A DNA stretch of 64,000 nucleotides from Selenomonas sp. (GCF_022771645.1 NZ_JALFCU010000080.1:26495-90494); one strand, 5' to 3'; shown: positions 1-8,782, numbered from the stretch's first letter. The notes: generated from the letters alone by a model not told the origin. Translations and numbers: made by a program.

Positions 1-881
1 GCAACGCCTGCCGTATGGATAACCAATTGCGGTCGATGAAGCTCGAAAAACGCATCGACTTTCGCCTTTTTCGTCAAATCCAACGCATACATGCCCTTCT
101 TGCCGCCGCGATACTGCAATCCCTTGACCTGATAATCCCGCTTCAAGATGTGATAAATTTTCGTTCCTAACAACCCCGAAGCGCCCGTGACGAAAATTGT
201 AAAATCTTCGATACCGAAGATGCGTTTCGCGTCGATGTAATCAAAAAACGTGTCAATATCCACGACACGACCAGCGTCTGCCACAATACGAATGGGATAT
301 TCCTTCACAAGTTTGTTGAGCGATACCGTATACCAGCTTTTCCACTCCTCCGGGCAGGCAAACAAGCATTTCCATGCGTTGAGCGATGCACGTGAGAGAT
401 ACAAGATGCTGTCATAAATCAACGGTTCCGTGATATGCTTGCCGATGTCCCTGACGCAGCCGCGTGCATCCTCCAAGATGCCGGTCGAACCATATACAGG
501 CTCTCCATGATGTGCCAGCAGAGAATCGCTACCATATGCCAGCAAGGCATCGAGTGCAGATTTTTCAAAGACAAGATCGCCGTCCAGAATGAGCACGTCA
601 TCGTCCAAAGATTCCAGGGCAAGGAATAAACTATGCGCATTGTCACACGATTTATATGCAGCATTGTAGAGCGTGCGCTCCGGATAGAGCGTCTCAATTT
701 GCTCGCTATGATATCCCGTCACGATGGTGATATCTTCTTGGTGGATGCCGCATGCGCCCAGCATCTGCATCTGGCGTTCCAAGATCGTACACTCGCCGAA
801 CGAGAGCAGGCACTTGGGCTTTTCTTTGCAAAGCTCCCCCAGTCCGAGCGCCCGTCCAGCTGCCAAAATAACCGCCTTCAT
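1..881 (-). CDS. Nucleotidyltransferase fused to an RmlD/SDR-like NAD(P)-binding reductase domain (3' end runs off the window)
   Basis: Not in the ORF track because no stop lies inside the window. My translation from ATG (879-881) reads MKAVILAAGRALGLGELCKEKPKCLL... (NTP-transferase N-terminus). It runs without stops to ...IFVTGASGLLGTKIYHIL...RPQLVIHTAGV (GxxGxxG Rossmann motif, RmlD-like). Confidence 0.6.
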   Translation of the reverse strand, partial: MKAVILAAGRALGLGELCKEKPKCLLSFGECTILERQMQMLGACGIHQEDITIVTGYHSEQIETLYPERTLYNAAYKSCDNAHSLFLALESLDDDVLILDGDLVFEKSALDALLAYGSDSLLAHHGEPVYGSTGILEDARGCVRDIGKHITEPLIYDSILYLSRASLNAWKCLFACPEEWKSWYTVSLNKLVKEYPIRIVADAGRVVDIDTFFDYIDAKRIFGIEDFTIFVTGASGLLGTKIYHILKRDYQVKGLQYRGGKKGMYALDLTKKAKVDAFFELHRPQLVIHTAGV

Positions 882-885
882 TGTC

Positions 886-1569
886 TCATTCCCATCCGAA
901 CAATTTCTTTGTTTCCAAATAGTCCTCTACAAAGTCAATCTCATGCCATTTTTTGTCCGTGACGAGATTGTAAAACATGTGCTTCTGACAAATATCCGTA
1001 ATCGCCGGCGTGTACCATGTGTGGATGTTCTTCTCACTGAGCAAAGCTTCCCTAAAATCTGCCACAGCACCCCGACCGACCTTGAAAATACTCATATAGA
1101 CGTATCCTGTATGAGGATAACCTTTCCCGATGGCAAGCACGCGGCCATTTCCATCAACCTTGATTCCTGTGCTCTCATCGAGGTCATCAGACTTCCGACT
1201 CAAGACGAGGTTCTCATGCTCATCCTGAATCACATCTTCCAACAGGCTCTCATCAAAACACAGGTCGGTGTCGAGAATCAGCACATCGTCTTCCGGGACA
1301 TGTTCCAGTGCATACCCCAGGCTGTACGAGTTTTCGTACTTATCATAATCTGGATTGACAATCAGATTCGGCACAATGGGGCGAAGCAGTTCCGCCCGAT
1401 AGCCTCCGAGCACGTAAATGTCATCGTCAACAATTCCGACGGAACGCAGCTGCTTCAACTCGCGTGACAAGATGGTGTCCTCGCCGAGCGGCAACAAGCA
1501 TTTAGGTTTTCCGTTCGTGTATGCGCCGAGACGCTTTCCTTGTCCGGCAGCCAGGAGAATTGCTTTCAT
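886..1569 (-). CDS. LicC-like sugar/choline-phosphate nucleotidyltransferase
   Basis: Track ORF 886..1674 trimmed to the internal ATG (1567-1569), giving MKAILLAAGQGKRLG...GKPKCLLPLG, a canonical LAAGxGxRL NTP-transferase motif. The start overlaps the stop of the upstream licD-like gene (ATGA). Confidence 0.75.
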   Translation of the reverse strand: MKAILLAAGQGKRLGAYTNGKPKCLLPLGEDTILSRELKQLRSVGIVDDDIYVLGGYRAELLRPIVPNLIVNPDYDKYENSYSLGYALEHVPEDDVLILDTDLCFDESLLEDVIQDEHENLVLSRKSDDLDESTGIKVDGNGRVLAIGKGYPHTGYVYMSIFKVGRGAVADFREALLSEKNIHTWYTPAITDICQKHMFYNLVTDKKWHEIDFVEDYLETKKLFGWE

Positions 1570-2402
1570 TCGTTTTTTCCTTCCAAATCTGGTTCGACGA
1601 GCTGGAGTCTCGAGACGGGATGCACTTTCCGTTTCTCTACAGGTGGTAATGTCATGTAATCCCCAAACTCCCATGTCAGGAATCCGTCATAGTCCTCGAT
1701 GCCACAAAGCTGCACGCCCTCGAATTCCATCAATGGATTTGTCTCAAACCAACGGCGATGATAACACGCGTCTGGGCGCGGATTCGGCATGAAGGAAATC
1801 CGTACTTCCCTGCTTTTGATACCTTTGCAGAAGCCGATATATAGGTTGACGTATTTCTTCACGAACGAGAACGGCATACGGTACAGCATCTGGAACCACG
1901 CACGCTTGAGCCAGCTTTTCGCCGTAAAGCGGCCGACGGCCGACCAAAAAATTTTTCGCAGGCAATAGCAATGAACATCGAACAACTTTCTTCCAAGATA
2001 CGCGTCGGGAACATTGTCGAGCGGCATGATATCGATGAACACGCCTTGTTCATACGGCATATGTTCCTGGTGCTCGCGCATGAACGTCGTTCCCTTGCGT
2101 CGCAATTTTCCGTATCCCCAACGATAACCATCCGTCACATGCATATCCTGGAAATAAAATTTTGACGAGTCCAATTCTGTCTTGCATGCTTCACGAAATT
2201 TTTCATAATCATCGCGGAACATCACGAGATCCGCATCGTCATCCCATGGGATGAAACCTCCGTGGCGCACCGCGCCCAACAGCGTCCCGCCAATGATGTT
2301 ATAGCGAATACCGCATTTCTGACAGATGCGATGGACTTCGACGAGGAGCTCGAGCTCGATGTGCTGGAGCTGGCGCAGTTGTGCTTGCGTGAGATGGATC
2401 AT
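1566..2402 (-). CDS. licD: LicD-family phosphotransferase (phosphocholine/phospho-alditol transfer to glycans)
   Basis: MIHLTQAQLRQLQHIELELLVEVHRICQKCGIRYNIIGGTLLGAVRHGGFIPWDDDADLVMF carries the LicD signature (GGTLLGAxRH, IPWDDDxD). Start trimmed from the track GTG at 2498 to the ATG at 2402, which matches typical LicD N-termini. Confidence 0.75.
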   Translation of the reverse strand: MIHLTQAQLRQLQHIELELLVEVHRICQKCGIRYNIIGGTLLGAVRHGGFIPWDDDADLVMFRDDYEKFREACKTELDSSKFYFQDMHVTDGYRWGYGKLRRKGTTFMREHQEHMPYEQGVFIDIMPLDNVPDAYLGRKLFDVHCYCLRKIFWSAVGRFTAKSWLKRAWFQMLYRMPFSFVKKYVNLYIGFCKGIKSREVRISFMPNPRPDACYHRRWFETNPLMEFEGVQLCGIEDYDGFLTWEFGDYMTLPPVEKRKVHPVSRLQLVEPDLEGKNE

Positions 2403-2526
2403 GCTGCGGACGCTCCGTTCCTCGATGACGCGTGTTTTGTCATTGTCTCCAAAAGATTTAGTTCCAAAGAACTCCCCTCCAAAGGATTCACTTCTCACAT
2501 CATATCACACTCCAAAGGATAGGGCA

Positions 2527-2556
2527 ATAAAAAAGCAGAGCGCGATGGCTCCGCTT
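2527..2556 (-). terminator. Rho-independent terminator downstream of the DUF4411 gene
   Basis: Minus strand has an AAGCGGAGC/GCTCTGCTT stem (1 mismatch) followed by TTTTTTAT, 33 nt after the stop at 2589. Confidence 0.45.
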
Positions 2557-2588
2557 AGGAATTGGTGGTTCAACTAAAAATAATCAAA

Positions 2589-3101
2589 TCATAGACGAAA
2601 GTGCATCCGTCGCATAAATGAAAAGAGGTTCATGCATGGTACCTGAAAGTGGTCTGCAACATCAGGAATTTTTACTTTCCCTGTCGGGGACTTGGGTGAT
2701 AATGTGCCGACGGATTGCTCTTGCGTGACGACCCATGCCCCCTCCATCGTCAACGCAGCAGCAATCAGCCACGGGTCTGCAACAGTTCGTTTTGCCCACG
2801 CAATGATACCTGCCTGTGTATAAAATTTGCATTCCGATACATATTGCTGCACTTTCGCGTACGACATGACGACATTTCCTGTTTTTGTCGAAAAAGGTCT
2901 ATATTCGTTAATTTCTCTCATCCACGGCCCAATTTCTTCATCCTTCATAATCTCATCGTGAACTTCGCGAATGACAAGTACGTCCGGTCTCACCAAAACC
3001 GAACGCAGCTGTTTCCAAAAACTAGGCGCAAAATCGTAACCGTAGAAAGTTCGCGCAGGCGCAATAAAGCAGTTGGAATCTAAAAGGTACACCTCACTCA
3101 T
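2589..3101 (-). CDS. DUF4411-type PIN-like domain protein (putative toxin/RNase partner of ImmA)
   Basis: MSEVYLLDSNCFIAP...WLIAAAL...; the N-terminal LDSN acidic motif and size fit the PIN-like DUF4411 family. The start overlaps the upstream ImmA stop by ATGA (3098-3101). Local GC is about 45%. Confidence 0.65.
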   Translation of the reverse strand: MSEVYLLDSNCFIAPARTFYGYDFAPSFWKQLRSVLVRPDVLVIREVHDEIMKDEEIGPWMREINEYRPFSTKTGNVVMSYAKVQQYVSECKFYTQAGIIAWAKRTVADPWLIAAALTMEGAWVVTQEQSVGTLSPKSPTGKVKIPDVADHFQVPCMNLFSFMRRMHFRL

Positions 3102-4288
3102 ACCAGCATCCCCCTCACTTTGTCCATCAGTTTGGAGAATGTTTTTCCATTCATTCCAGTCAAACGATACGCATCAACATAAGACGTGCGGCCGCTTTTC
3201 GTACTGGCATCCAATGCCTGCAAAAAATGCGTATCCCATCGGCTGAGCTTCATCGTATAATATTCTCCACCAACCTTTTTCTTCTCCTTCTTTTTCTGTT
3301 CCCTATATTGCGCAAGGATCGCCTGCACCATTACTTGATATGTCATACGAGAGATGAACTTCGTATCCAGTGCACGACGCAAGACAGGAATTTTTCCGCA
3401 TCGGAAATAGGTGGAAAGTATCTCCGATGTCTGATTGACATCACCACCAGCATCTGCAAACGCTGCTTCCCATTTCGAGGGAAATATACTCATAGGAAGC
3501 AAAATCTCTGCTGCAACAGCATTACAACGGGTTTCGACCGGATCAACAAAAATATGCTCGCTCCCCGTATTGAGCAGACTGTCTTCGCCAAGCCAGATAT
3601 GTGCCAATTCATGCGCCAAGGAAAAGAGTTTCCCGCCTGCAGAATCACAGGCGTTGATGAAAACCAGCGGCGCAAAAGGATGTACGAGAGTAAAAGCGCG
3701 AAATTCTTTTACATCCAAGGGACGGTTGCTCCCAGGACCAACAACGCCGCTCTGCATCACAAGGATGTTCGCATGCATCGCTTTTTCTCGCAAAAAGCGA
3801 AACGCTGCTTCACGAGAGCTTCTTGCATCACGATACCACTCGAGCGAAAGGTCTAATTCCATGCGGATAGATGGCGCGATTTCTGATATGTGCATATTTT
3901 CCGAAGCACTGCCAACAAACGGCAACGGAGCGAAGCCATTTTCCTGCCGATGCTCGGCCATCCAATCTTGTACCAGTAGCATATGGTTGACAACATCGAT
4001 GAGTTCGCGACTAGGTTCTGCAACGCCCTTGCTCTTCAAGGTACGATAATCTGCAATCGTCGTTTCTTTTTCCGGCGGATGCTGCAAGAAAAAATAACCA
4101 AAGGGAATTCTCGTATCCTTGCTCAGTTGTTCCACTTTTGCCAGTGTCGGCACCTGTTCCTTCTTCATCCAAGCGTCCAACAAACCAATCTGATCTTGCG
4201 CTTTCCTCGTAACAGGGCACTGTTCTAAAATTACACGTTTCACCCACCGCAAAATTTCTGGCTGAATAGCAACTTCGACCTTCGGCAT
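3098..4288 (-). CDS. HTH (XRE-like) plus ImmA/IrrE-family zinc metallopeptidase
   Basis: HELAHIWLGED is the HExxH motif of the ImmA/IrrE (M78) family. The N-terminus PTLAKVEQLSKDTRIPFGYFFL is HTH-like. Start moved from the track GTG 4297 to ATG 4288, which follows GGAGGTG by 5 nt. Confidence 0.8.
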   Translation of the reverse strand: MPKVEVAIQPEILRWVKRVILEQCPVTRKAQDQIGLLDAWMKKEQVPTLAKVEQLSKDTRIPFGYFFLQHPPEKETTIADYRTLKSKGVAEPSRELIDVVNHMLLVQDWMAEHRQENGFAPLPFVGSASENMHISEIAPSIRMELDLSLEWYRDARSSREAAFRFLREKAMHANILVMQSGVVGPGSNRPLDVKEFRAFTLVHPFAPLVFINACDSAGGKLFSLAHELAHIWLGEDSLLNTGSEHIFVDPVETRCNAVAAEILLPMSIFPSKWEAAFADAGGDVNQTSEILSTYFRCGKIPVLRRALDTKFISRMTYQVMVQAILAQYREQKKKEKKKVGGEYYTMKLSRWDTHFLQALDASTKSGRTSYVDAYRLTGMNGKTFSKLMDKVRGMLV

Positions 4289-4409
4289 CGTTCTCACCTC
4301 CGCACGCGATGTACCATATCACAAACGACCTCTATGTCACTAAGAACACAGAGGCCGTCATTTCATCAGCTCTTGCAAAAGACGGATTCTGAAATGTCCA
4401 TCTGTTTAC

Positions 4410-4438
4410 ATAGTATGTGATTTTTTCGCAAAAGTCAA
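4410..4438 (-). promoter_or_regulatory. Sigma-70-like promoter for the ImmA/DUF4411 operon
   Basis: Minus strand reads TTGACT (4433-4438), 17-nt spacer, TACTAT (4410-4415). Confidence 0.5.
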
Positions 4439-4510
4439 TTGAATTTCAAACGACTTGATAGCTCCACTGAGGAGGGGGCGCGGCATGCTGCCTCGTGCGA
4501 TATTTTTATT

Positions 4511-6061
4511 TCACGTCCCTCGTTTCACGAGGACGTGCTTTTTGCAGAACGCGACGCCGTAGCGCCAGATGGCTTTCGTGCCTGCGGCTTCGAGTTCTGT
4601 GATGTAGGATTTTTCGTCGATCTGATGGAGGGCGTCTTCCGTCGCTTTTTCGAGCGCTGCTTCGTCTTTGACGGTTTTGAATTCCATGATGACGCCGGGG
4701 AGGTGCGGCTTCTTCGGCAGCATCGCGAGGTCGAAGCGGCCGTCGCCGCTCTCGCGGTTCGAGAGGACGCGGTAGTCCGCTTCGTAGAACAGGGTGCAGC
4801 CGAGCATGAGGCCGTGGTAAAAGCTTTCCGCATCGGCGGCGTCGTGAGAGCTCACGGCGCGCCGGAGGATGCCTTGGAAGATGCGTTGGAACTCGTCCGC
4901 CCTGCCTTGCTGGATGGCGAGCCCCATTTTGTAAAACGAGACGACGCCATAGCTCTCATCGACGCGGTCTATGATTTCGCTCTGGAACAGGTTGCGGATC
5001 TCGAGGTTCGGGATGGCGAGCTCATACAGGCGTTCGCTGCCGAGCTTGACGCTCCCGACGGCTTTGAGGTAGCCGGTCTGCAGGAGCATCGTGTAGATGT
5101 CCTTGCTGTTTTTCCCGATGTCATCGTAGATGACGCCATCGCGGATGGCAGCCGCGATGGTGCCGCCGGTCAGGAGCGTGCGGAGCTCGCCCCACCGTTC
5201 TTCGTCGGCTTGCGCGAGCATCGTCCGGATGATGTCATTGCCCGAGGTGTTGACCCAATAGGGCTCGGCTTCGCAATTTTGTTTGAAATAATTGTTGACC
5301 GACCAAGGGTTATAGATTTCCTTCCCTCGGAAATTATAACCATCATACCATTCGGCAAGTTCCTCAAGCTTATCCTCGCGGCCAAGATCGCGTGCAAGTT
5401 TTGTGACTTCCTCTTTCGTATAGCCGCAAGCATCCATGAAGCCTCCCTGGGAGACGGAAGAAACTTCGAGGTTGTTCAGCCCGCTGAAGATGCTTTCTTT
5501 CGCGATGCGCAGGACGCCGGTGAGGATGGCGAAGTCGAGCGCGGGATTTGATTTCAGCGCGATGGAATACAAGTTGCGGAAAAATCCGATGGCTTCTTTG
5601 TAGTAACCGTGCATCCACGCGTGCTGGATCGGCGCGTCGTATTCGTCAATGAGCAGGACGACTTTTCTCCCGTAGTGCTGCTCGAGCAGCTGGCAGAGGA
5701 GCTGGAACGCTTTGCCCATGGTTTCGGGCGTCGCCTTGCCGACGAGGAGTGCTTCATAGGACGCCCGCAGGCCGTCGTCCATGTCCTCTTGGCGCAGGAA
5801 CGCAAACCGGTTGTACAGGCGGGAAAGCTCCCATGCGATGTTTTTCTGCATGCCGTCCCACGTGTCCCATTCGAGGTTTTTCATCGTTAGGAAAATAACA
5901 GGGCGCGTGCCTTGCTCGGCCATCGCGACGGGATCGTCCATGACCTGGAGGCCCTCGAAGAGCTTCCGATGTTCTTCGGCGTGCTCGATGTCGAGGAACT
6001 GCTGCGTCATCGACATGAGGAGCGTCTTGCTGGAGCGGCGCGGGCGCGTGAGGAGGGTCAC
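4511..6061 (-). pseudogene. AAA-ATPase-like plus C-terminal PD-(D/E)XK nuclease-family protein, 5'-truncated
   Basis: TLLTRPRRSSKTLLMSM matches the RPRRFGKS-type P-loop of this family, and the C-terminal ...GDGRFDLAM...VIMEFK is PD-(D/E)XK-like. Family-like sequence (LFDCDFFRGHADV) continues in frame upstream of the GTG into the lpxI terminator hairpin. The usual roughly 20 N-terminal residues and any own promoter or RBS are missing. Confidence 0.6.
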
Positions 6062-6091
6062 GTCAGCATGGCCGCGGAAAAAATCGCAATC

Positions 6092-6121
6092 AAAAAGCGG
6101 AGCCGCGTGCGGGCTCCGCTT
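6092..6121 (-). terminator. Rho-independent terminator after lpxI
   Basis: Minus strand has an AAGCGGAGCC..GGCTCCGCTT stem followed by TTTTTGATTGCGATTTTTT. Confidence 0.7.
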
Positions 6122-6131
6122 GGATCAGTCT

Positions 6132-6935
6132 TCAGATGGCTGCAATGGTGATGCCGTGCTCGGCGGCAAGCTTCAGGACGTCTTCTTTTTCGACGAGGAG
6201 CGTCTTGTCCGCTTCGATGGCGAGGGCGTTTGCGCCGACGGCGATCATCTTCTCGAGCGTGGCCTTGCCAACGGTCGGGACGTCGAAGCGGTTGTCCTGT
6301 TCGGGCTTCGCGGTCTTTACGACGACGGCGCCGCCGTTCGCGAGTTTGCCGCCGCGCTCGATGCAGGCGTCTGTGCCTTCGATGGCTTCGAGCGCCATGA
6401 CGGCCATGTTCTTGACGACGACGGTCTGGCCGATGTCGAGGCGGCCGAGCTCTTTCGCGATGCGGAAGCCGAACTCCATGTCTTTCGTCTGCTCTTTCGT
6501 CGGCTGGAGCTCTGTGAGGACGCCGCGGTGCGGCATGAGCATGCGCAGGAGCGCCGTCTGGTCAAAGGCCTGCATGCCGGCTTTCGCGAGTTCGCGGACG
6601 AACATCATCATGATCGTGTCGTCCTTGCGGTCCGGCAGCGCCATGATGAGCTCCATCATGCGCGCGTCCGGCGTAACCTTGCCGTTAAACAGCAGTTCCT
6701 TCGTGACCTTGCCGAGCATCGTGACTTTCTTGATGCCTTTTTCCTTGAGATAATTCAGGATGGCGTCGATGTGGCCGATGCTGATGTCAACGCATTCGGC
6801 CGTGCAGTCTTTGAGGTCTGCGGCCGATTCGTCCAAAAGGCGCACGGCGTAGATTTCAAAGCCGAGGCGCTTCGCTGCTTTCGCGCATTCGACGGGCAAA
6901 TGGCCCGCGCCTGCGAGCAGTCCGACTCTTTCCAT
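6132..6935 (-). CDS. lpxI: UDP-2,3-diacylglucosamine pyrophosphatase LpxI (DUF1009)
   Basis: MERVGLLAGAGHLPVE...DIGQTVVVKN..VMALEAIEGTDACIERG matches LpxI/DUF1009, and the gene sits next to lpxA. RBS is GGGGGA 6 nt upstream. Confidence 0.8.
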   Translation of the reverse strand: MERVGLLAGAGHLPVECAKAAKRLGFEIYAVRLLDESAADLKDCTAECVDISIGHIDAILNYLKEKGIKKVTMLGKVTKELLFNGKVTPDARMMELIMALPDRKDDTIMMMFVRELAKAGMQAFDQTALLRMLMPHRGVLTELQPTKEQTKDMEFGFRIAKELGRLDIGQTVVVKNMAVMALEAIEGTDACIERGGKLANGGAVVVKTAKPEQDNRFDVPTVGKATLEKMIAVGANALAIEADKTLLVEKEDVLKLAAEHGITIAAI

Positions 6936-6994
6936 TCGTTTTCCCCCAAATCAATATCATAAGAACGTTGCAATTTCAAAGCGCATTTCATTCA

Positions 6995-7264
6995 TTACGA
7001 AACGTGACATATACAGCAGCCTTCCCCTCAGGGGAAGGGGGACCGCGAAGCGGTGGAAAGGGTCCCCTGTAGGTTTGATGAGTCCGTACGAATGAACTTT
7101 CGCGGGTGCGCGCACGAAAAGTTACAAGTGCGTGCGCGCACCGGCGACATCAAACAGCCTGCGAGTTCATAGGCCGTGCAAGCGACCCGCTCCTGGCGCT
7201 GCGCTCCGCTCCGCGCCTGTCCTCTCCCAGAGGGAGAGGCTGCTGGATTTGTAACGCTTCGCAA
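6995..7264. repeat. Structured intergenic repeat, copy A (core 7015-7244)
   Basis: The core begins AGCAGCC and ends GGCTGCT. Internal hairpins are CTTCCCCTcaGGGGAAG, GGGGACC..GGTCCCC, GGTGCGCGCAC..GTGCGCGCACC and CCTCTCCCagaGGGAGAGG. About 88-90% identical by eye to the reverse complement of 17690-17920. Confidence 0.75.
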
Positions 7265-7305
7265 CAGATGAAAATATTTGAATAAATGTAACAGTCTCTT
7301 TTCTT

Positions 7306-8115
7306 TTAGTCCGCATGCCGCTCTCTGCAGATGCCGCGCTCGGCGACGCGCAGGAAGCGCAGGAAATGCTCGATCTCTTCGCACGAGTCGACTTCCTGCT
7401 CGATGACGGCAATGGCCTGGGCGAGCGAGAGGCCGGAGCGGTAGAGGATCTTGTACGCCTGCTTGATGCGGCGGCGCGACTCGAGCGGGATGCCGGCGCG
7501 CGAGATGCCGACGCTGTTGAGGCCGACGGCTTTCGCCGGATGGCCGTCGACGATCGTGTACGGCACGACGTCCTGCGTGAGCTTCGACATGCCGCCGACC
7601 ATGGCATTGCGGCCGATCTTGACGAACTGGTGGACGCCCGCCATACCGCCGATGACGGCGCGGTCTTCGACGACGGCGTGGCCCGCGAGGCTCGCGAGGT
7701 TCGACATGATGACGTTGTTGCCGACGACGCAGTTGTGCGCGACGTGCGTCAGCGCCATGAGCAGGCAGTCGTTGCCGATGCGTGTCTCCTCACCTTCGCC
7801 CGTCGCACGGTGCACGGTCGCGCCTTCGCGGATCGTCGTGCGGTCGCCGATGAACGTGTAGCTCTTCTCGCCTTTGAACTTCAAATCCTGCGGCTCTTCG
7901 CCGATGGACGCGCCCTGGAAAATCTTGCAGTCGCGGCCGATCTGCGTCCAGCCCGTGATGACGACGTGCGGGCCGATCTTCGTCCCCTCGCCGATCTCAA
8001 CGTTCTCGCCGATGACGGAATACGGGCCGATCTCAACGTTTTTCGCGATGCGCGCGCCCGGAGCGACGACCGCCGTGTCGTGGATATATGCAAGCACTTT
8101 GTTTTCTGCGCTCAT
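7306..8115 (-). CDS. lpxA: Acyl-ACP--UDP-N-acetylglucosamine O-acyltransferase
   Basis: Hexapeptide-repeat protein MSAENKVLAYIHDTAVVAPGARIAKNVEIGPYSVIGENVEIG...HPAKAVGLNSVGISRAG with the LpxA C-terminal domain. Start trimmed to ATG 8115, 9 nt after AGGAG. Confidence 0.9.
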   Translation of the reverse strand: MSAENKVLAYIHDTAVVAPGARIAKNVEIGPYSVIGENVEIGEGTKIGPHVVITGWTQIGRDCKIFQGASIGEEPQDLKFKGEKSYTFIGDRTTIREGATVHRATGEGEETRIGNDCLLMALTHVAHNCVVGNNVIMSNLASLAGHAVVEDRAVIGGMAGVHQFVKIGRNAMVGGMSKLTQDVVPYTIVDGHPAKAVGLNSVGISRAGIPLESRRRIKQAYKILYRSGLSLAQAIAVIEQEVDSCEEIEHFLRFLRVAERGICRERHAD

Positions 8116-8321
8116 ATGTTCCAACTCCTAACTACCTATCGTGAGCCTGCGGCCATGCCGGAGGCGTTCTTTTTCTTTGCTCTGTCTTTCCCATATACTC
8201 CCCGATTGAACCTATTTCTTGGTACACGATTTGACGGCAAAATCAGGCGTTTTCCGAGTGGAACAAAGATTTTCTTCTCTATCCTGCAATATGTCAGCTG
8301 TTTTCGCGATTTCTCGCGGGA

Positions 8322-8762
8322 TTACATATCGTCCTGTTCTTTCAGGGCAAACTTGAAGTCCGCTGAGGCGACGAGCTGGTCCTTGACGTAGCCGTCGGCG
8401 TGCAGCACGCCGAAGTTGCCGCGCACGCGTACGATCTCGGCTTTCGTCACGAGCTGGTCGCCTGGGATGACGGGATGCTTGAACTTCACATGCTCCATGC
8501 CGCCGAACAGCGCGATCTTGCCGCGGTGCTCCTCGGGATACAGCATCGCGACGCCGCCGACCTGCGCCATGGCCTCAAGAATGAGGACGCCCGGCATGAT
8601 GGGATGGCCAGGGAAATGACCCTGAAACTGCGGCTCGATCATCGTGATGTTCTTGATGCCCGTCGCGGAATGGAACGGGTCGATCTCGAGGATGCGGTCG
8701 ACGAGCAGCATCGGCGGGCGATGCGGCAGGATCTTCATGATTTCATTGATGTCTAATTCCAT
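8322..8762 (-). CDS. fabZ: 3-hydroxyacyl-ACP dehydratase FabZ
   Basis: ILPHRPPMLLVDRI...FQGHFPGHPIMPGVLILEAMAQ is the canonical FabZ hot-dog motif. Confidence 0.9.
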   Translation of the reverse strand: MELDINEIMKILPHRPPMLLVDRILEIDPFHSATGIKNITMIEPQFQGHFPGHPIMPGVLILEAMAQVGGVAMLYPEEHRGKIALFGGMEHVKFKHPVIPGDQLVTKAEIVRVRGNFGVLHADGYVKDQLVASADFKFALKEQDDM

Positions 8763-8782
8763 GATGGTGTTCCTTCTTCCTT

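Noticed and set aside
7028-7607. Track ORFs inside or overlapping repeat copy A (7028..7384, 7167..7607), and equivalents in copy B (17649..17882, 17670..17861, 17819..18277)
   Set aside because: They run through palindromic repeat DNA or antisense to lpxA, have no SD, and differ between the two copies by frame-breaking indels. I treated this as repeat sequence, not coding.
8125-8321. Small ORF MGKTEQRKRTPPAWPQAHDR in the fabZ-lpxA spacer (minus strand)
   Set aside because: The SD-like GGGGAG is only 3 nt from the ATG, and the peptide has no hydrophobic or recognisable character. It is likely a chance ORF.
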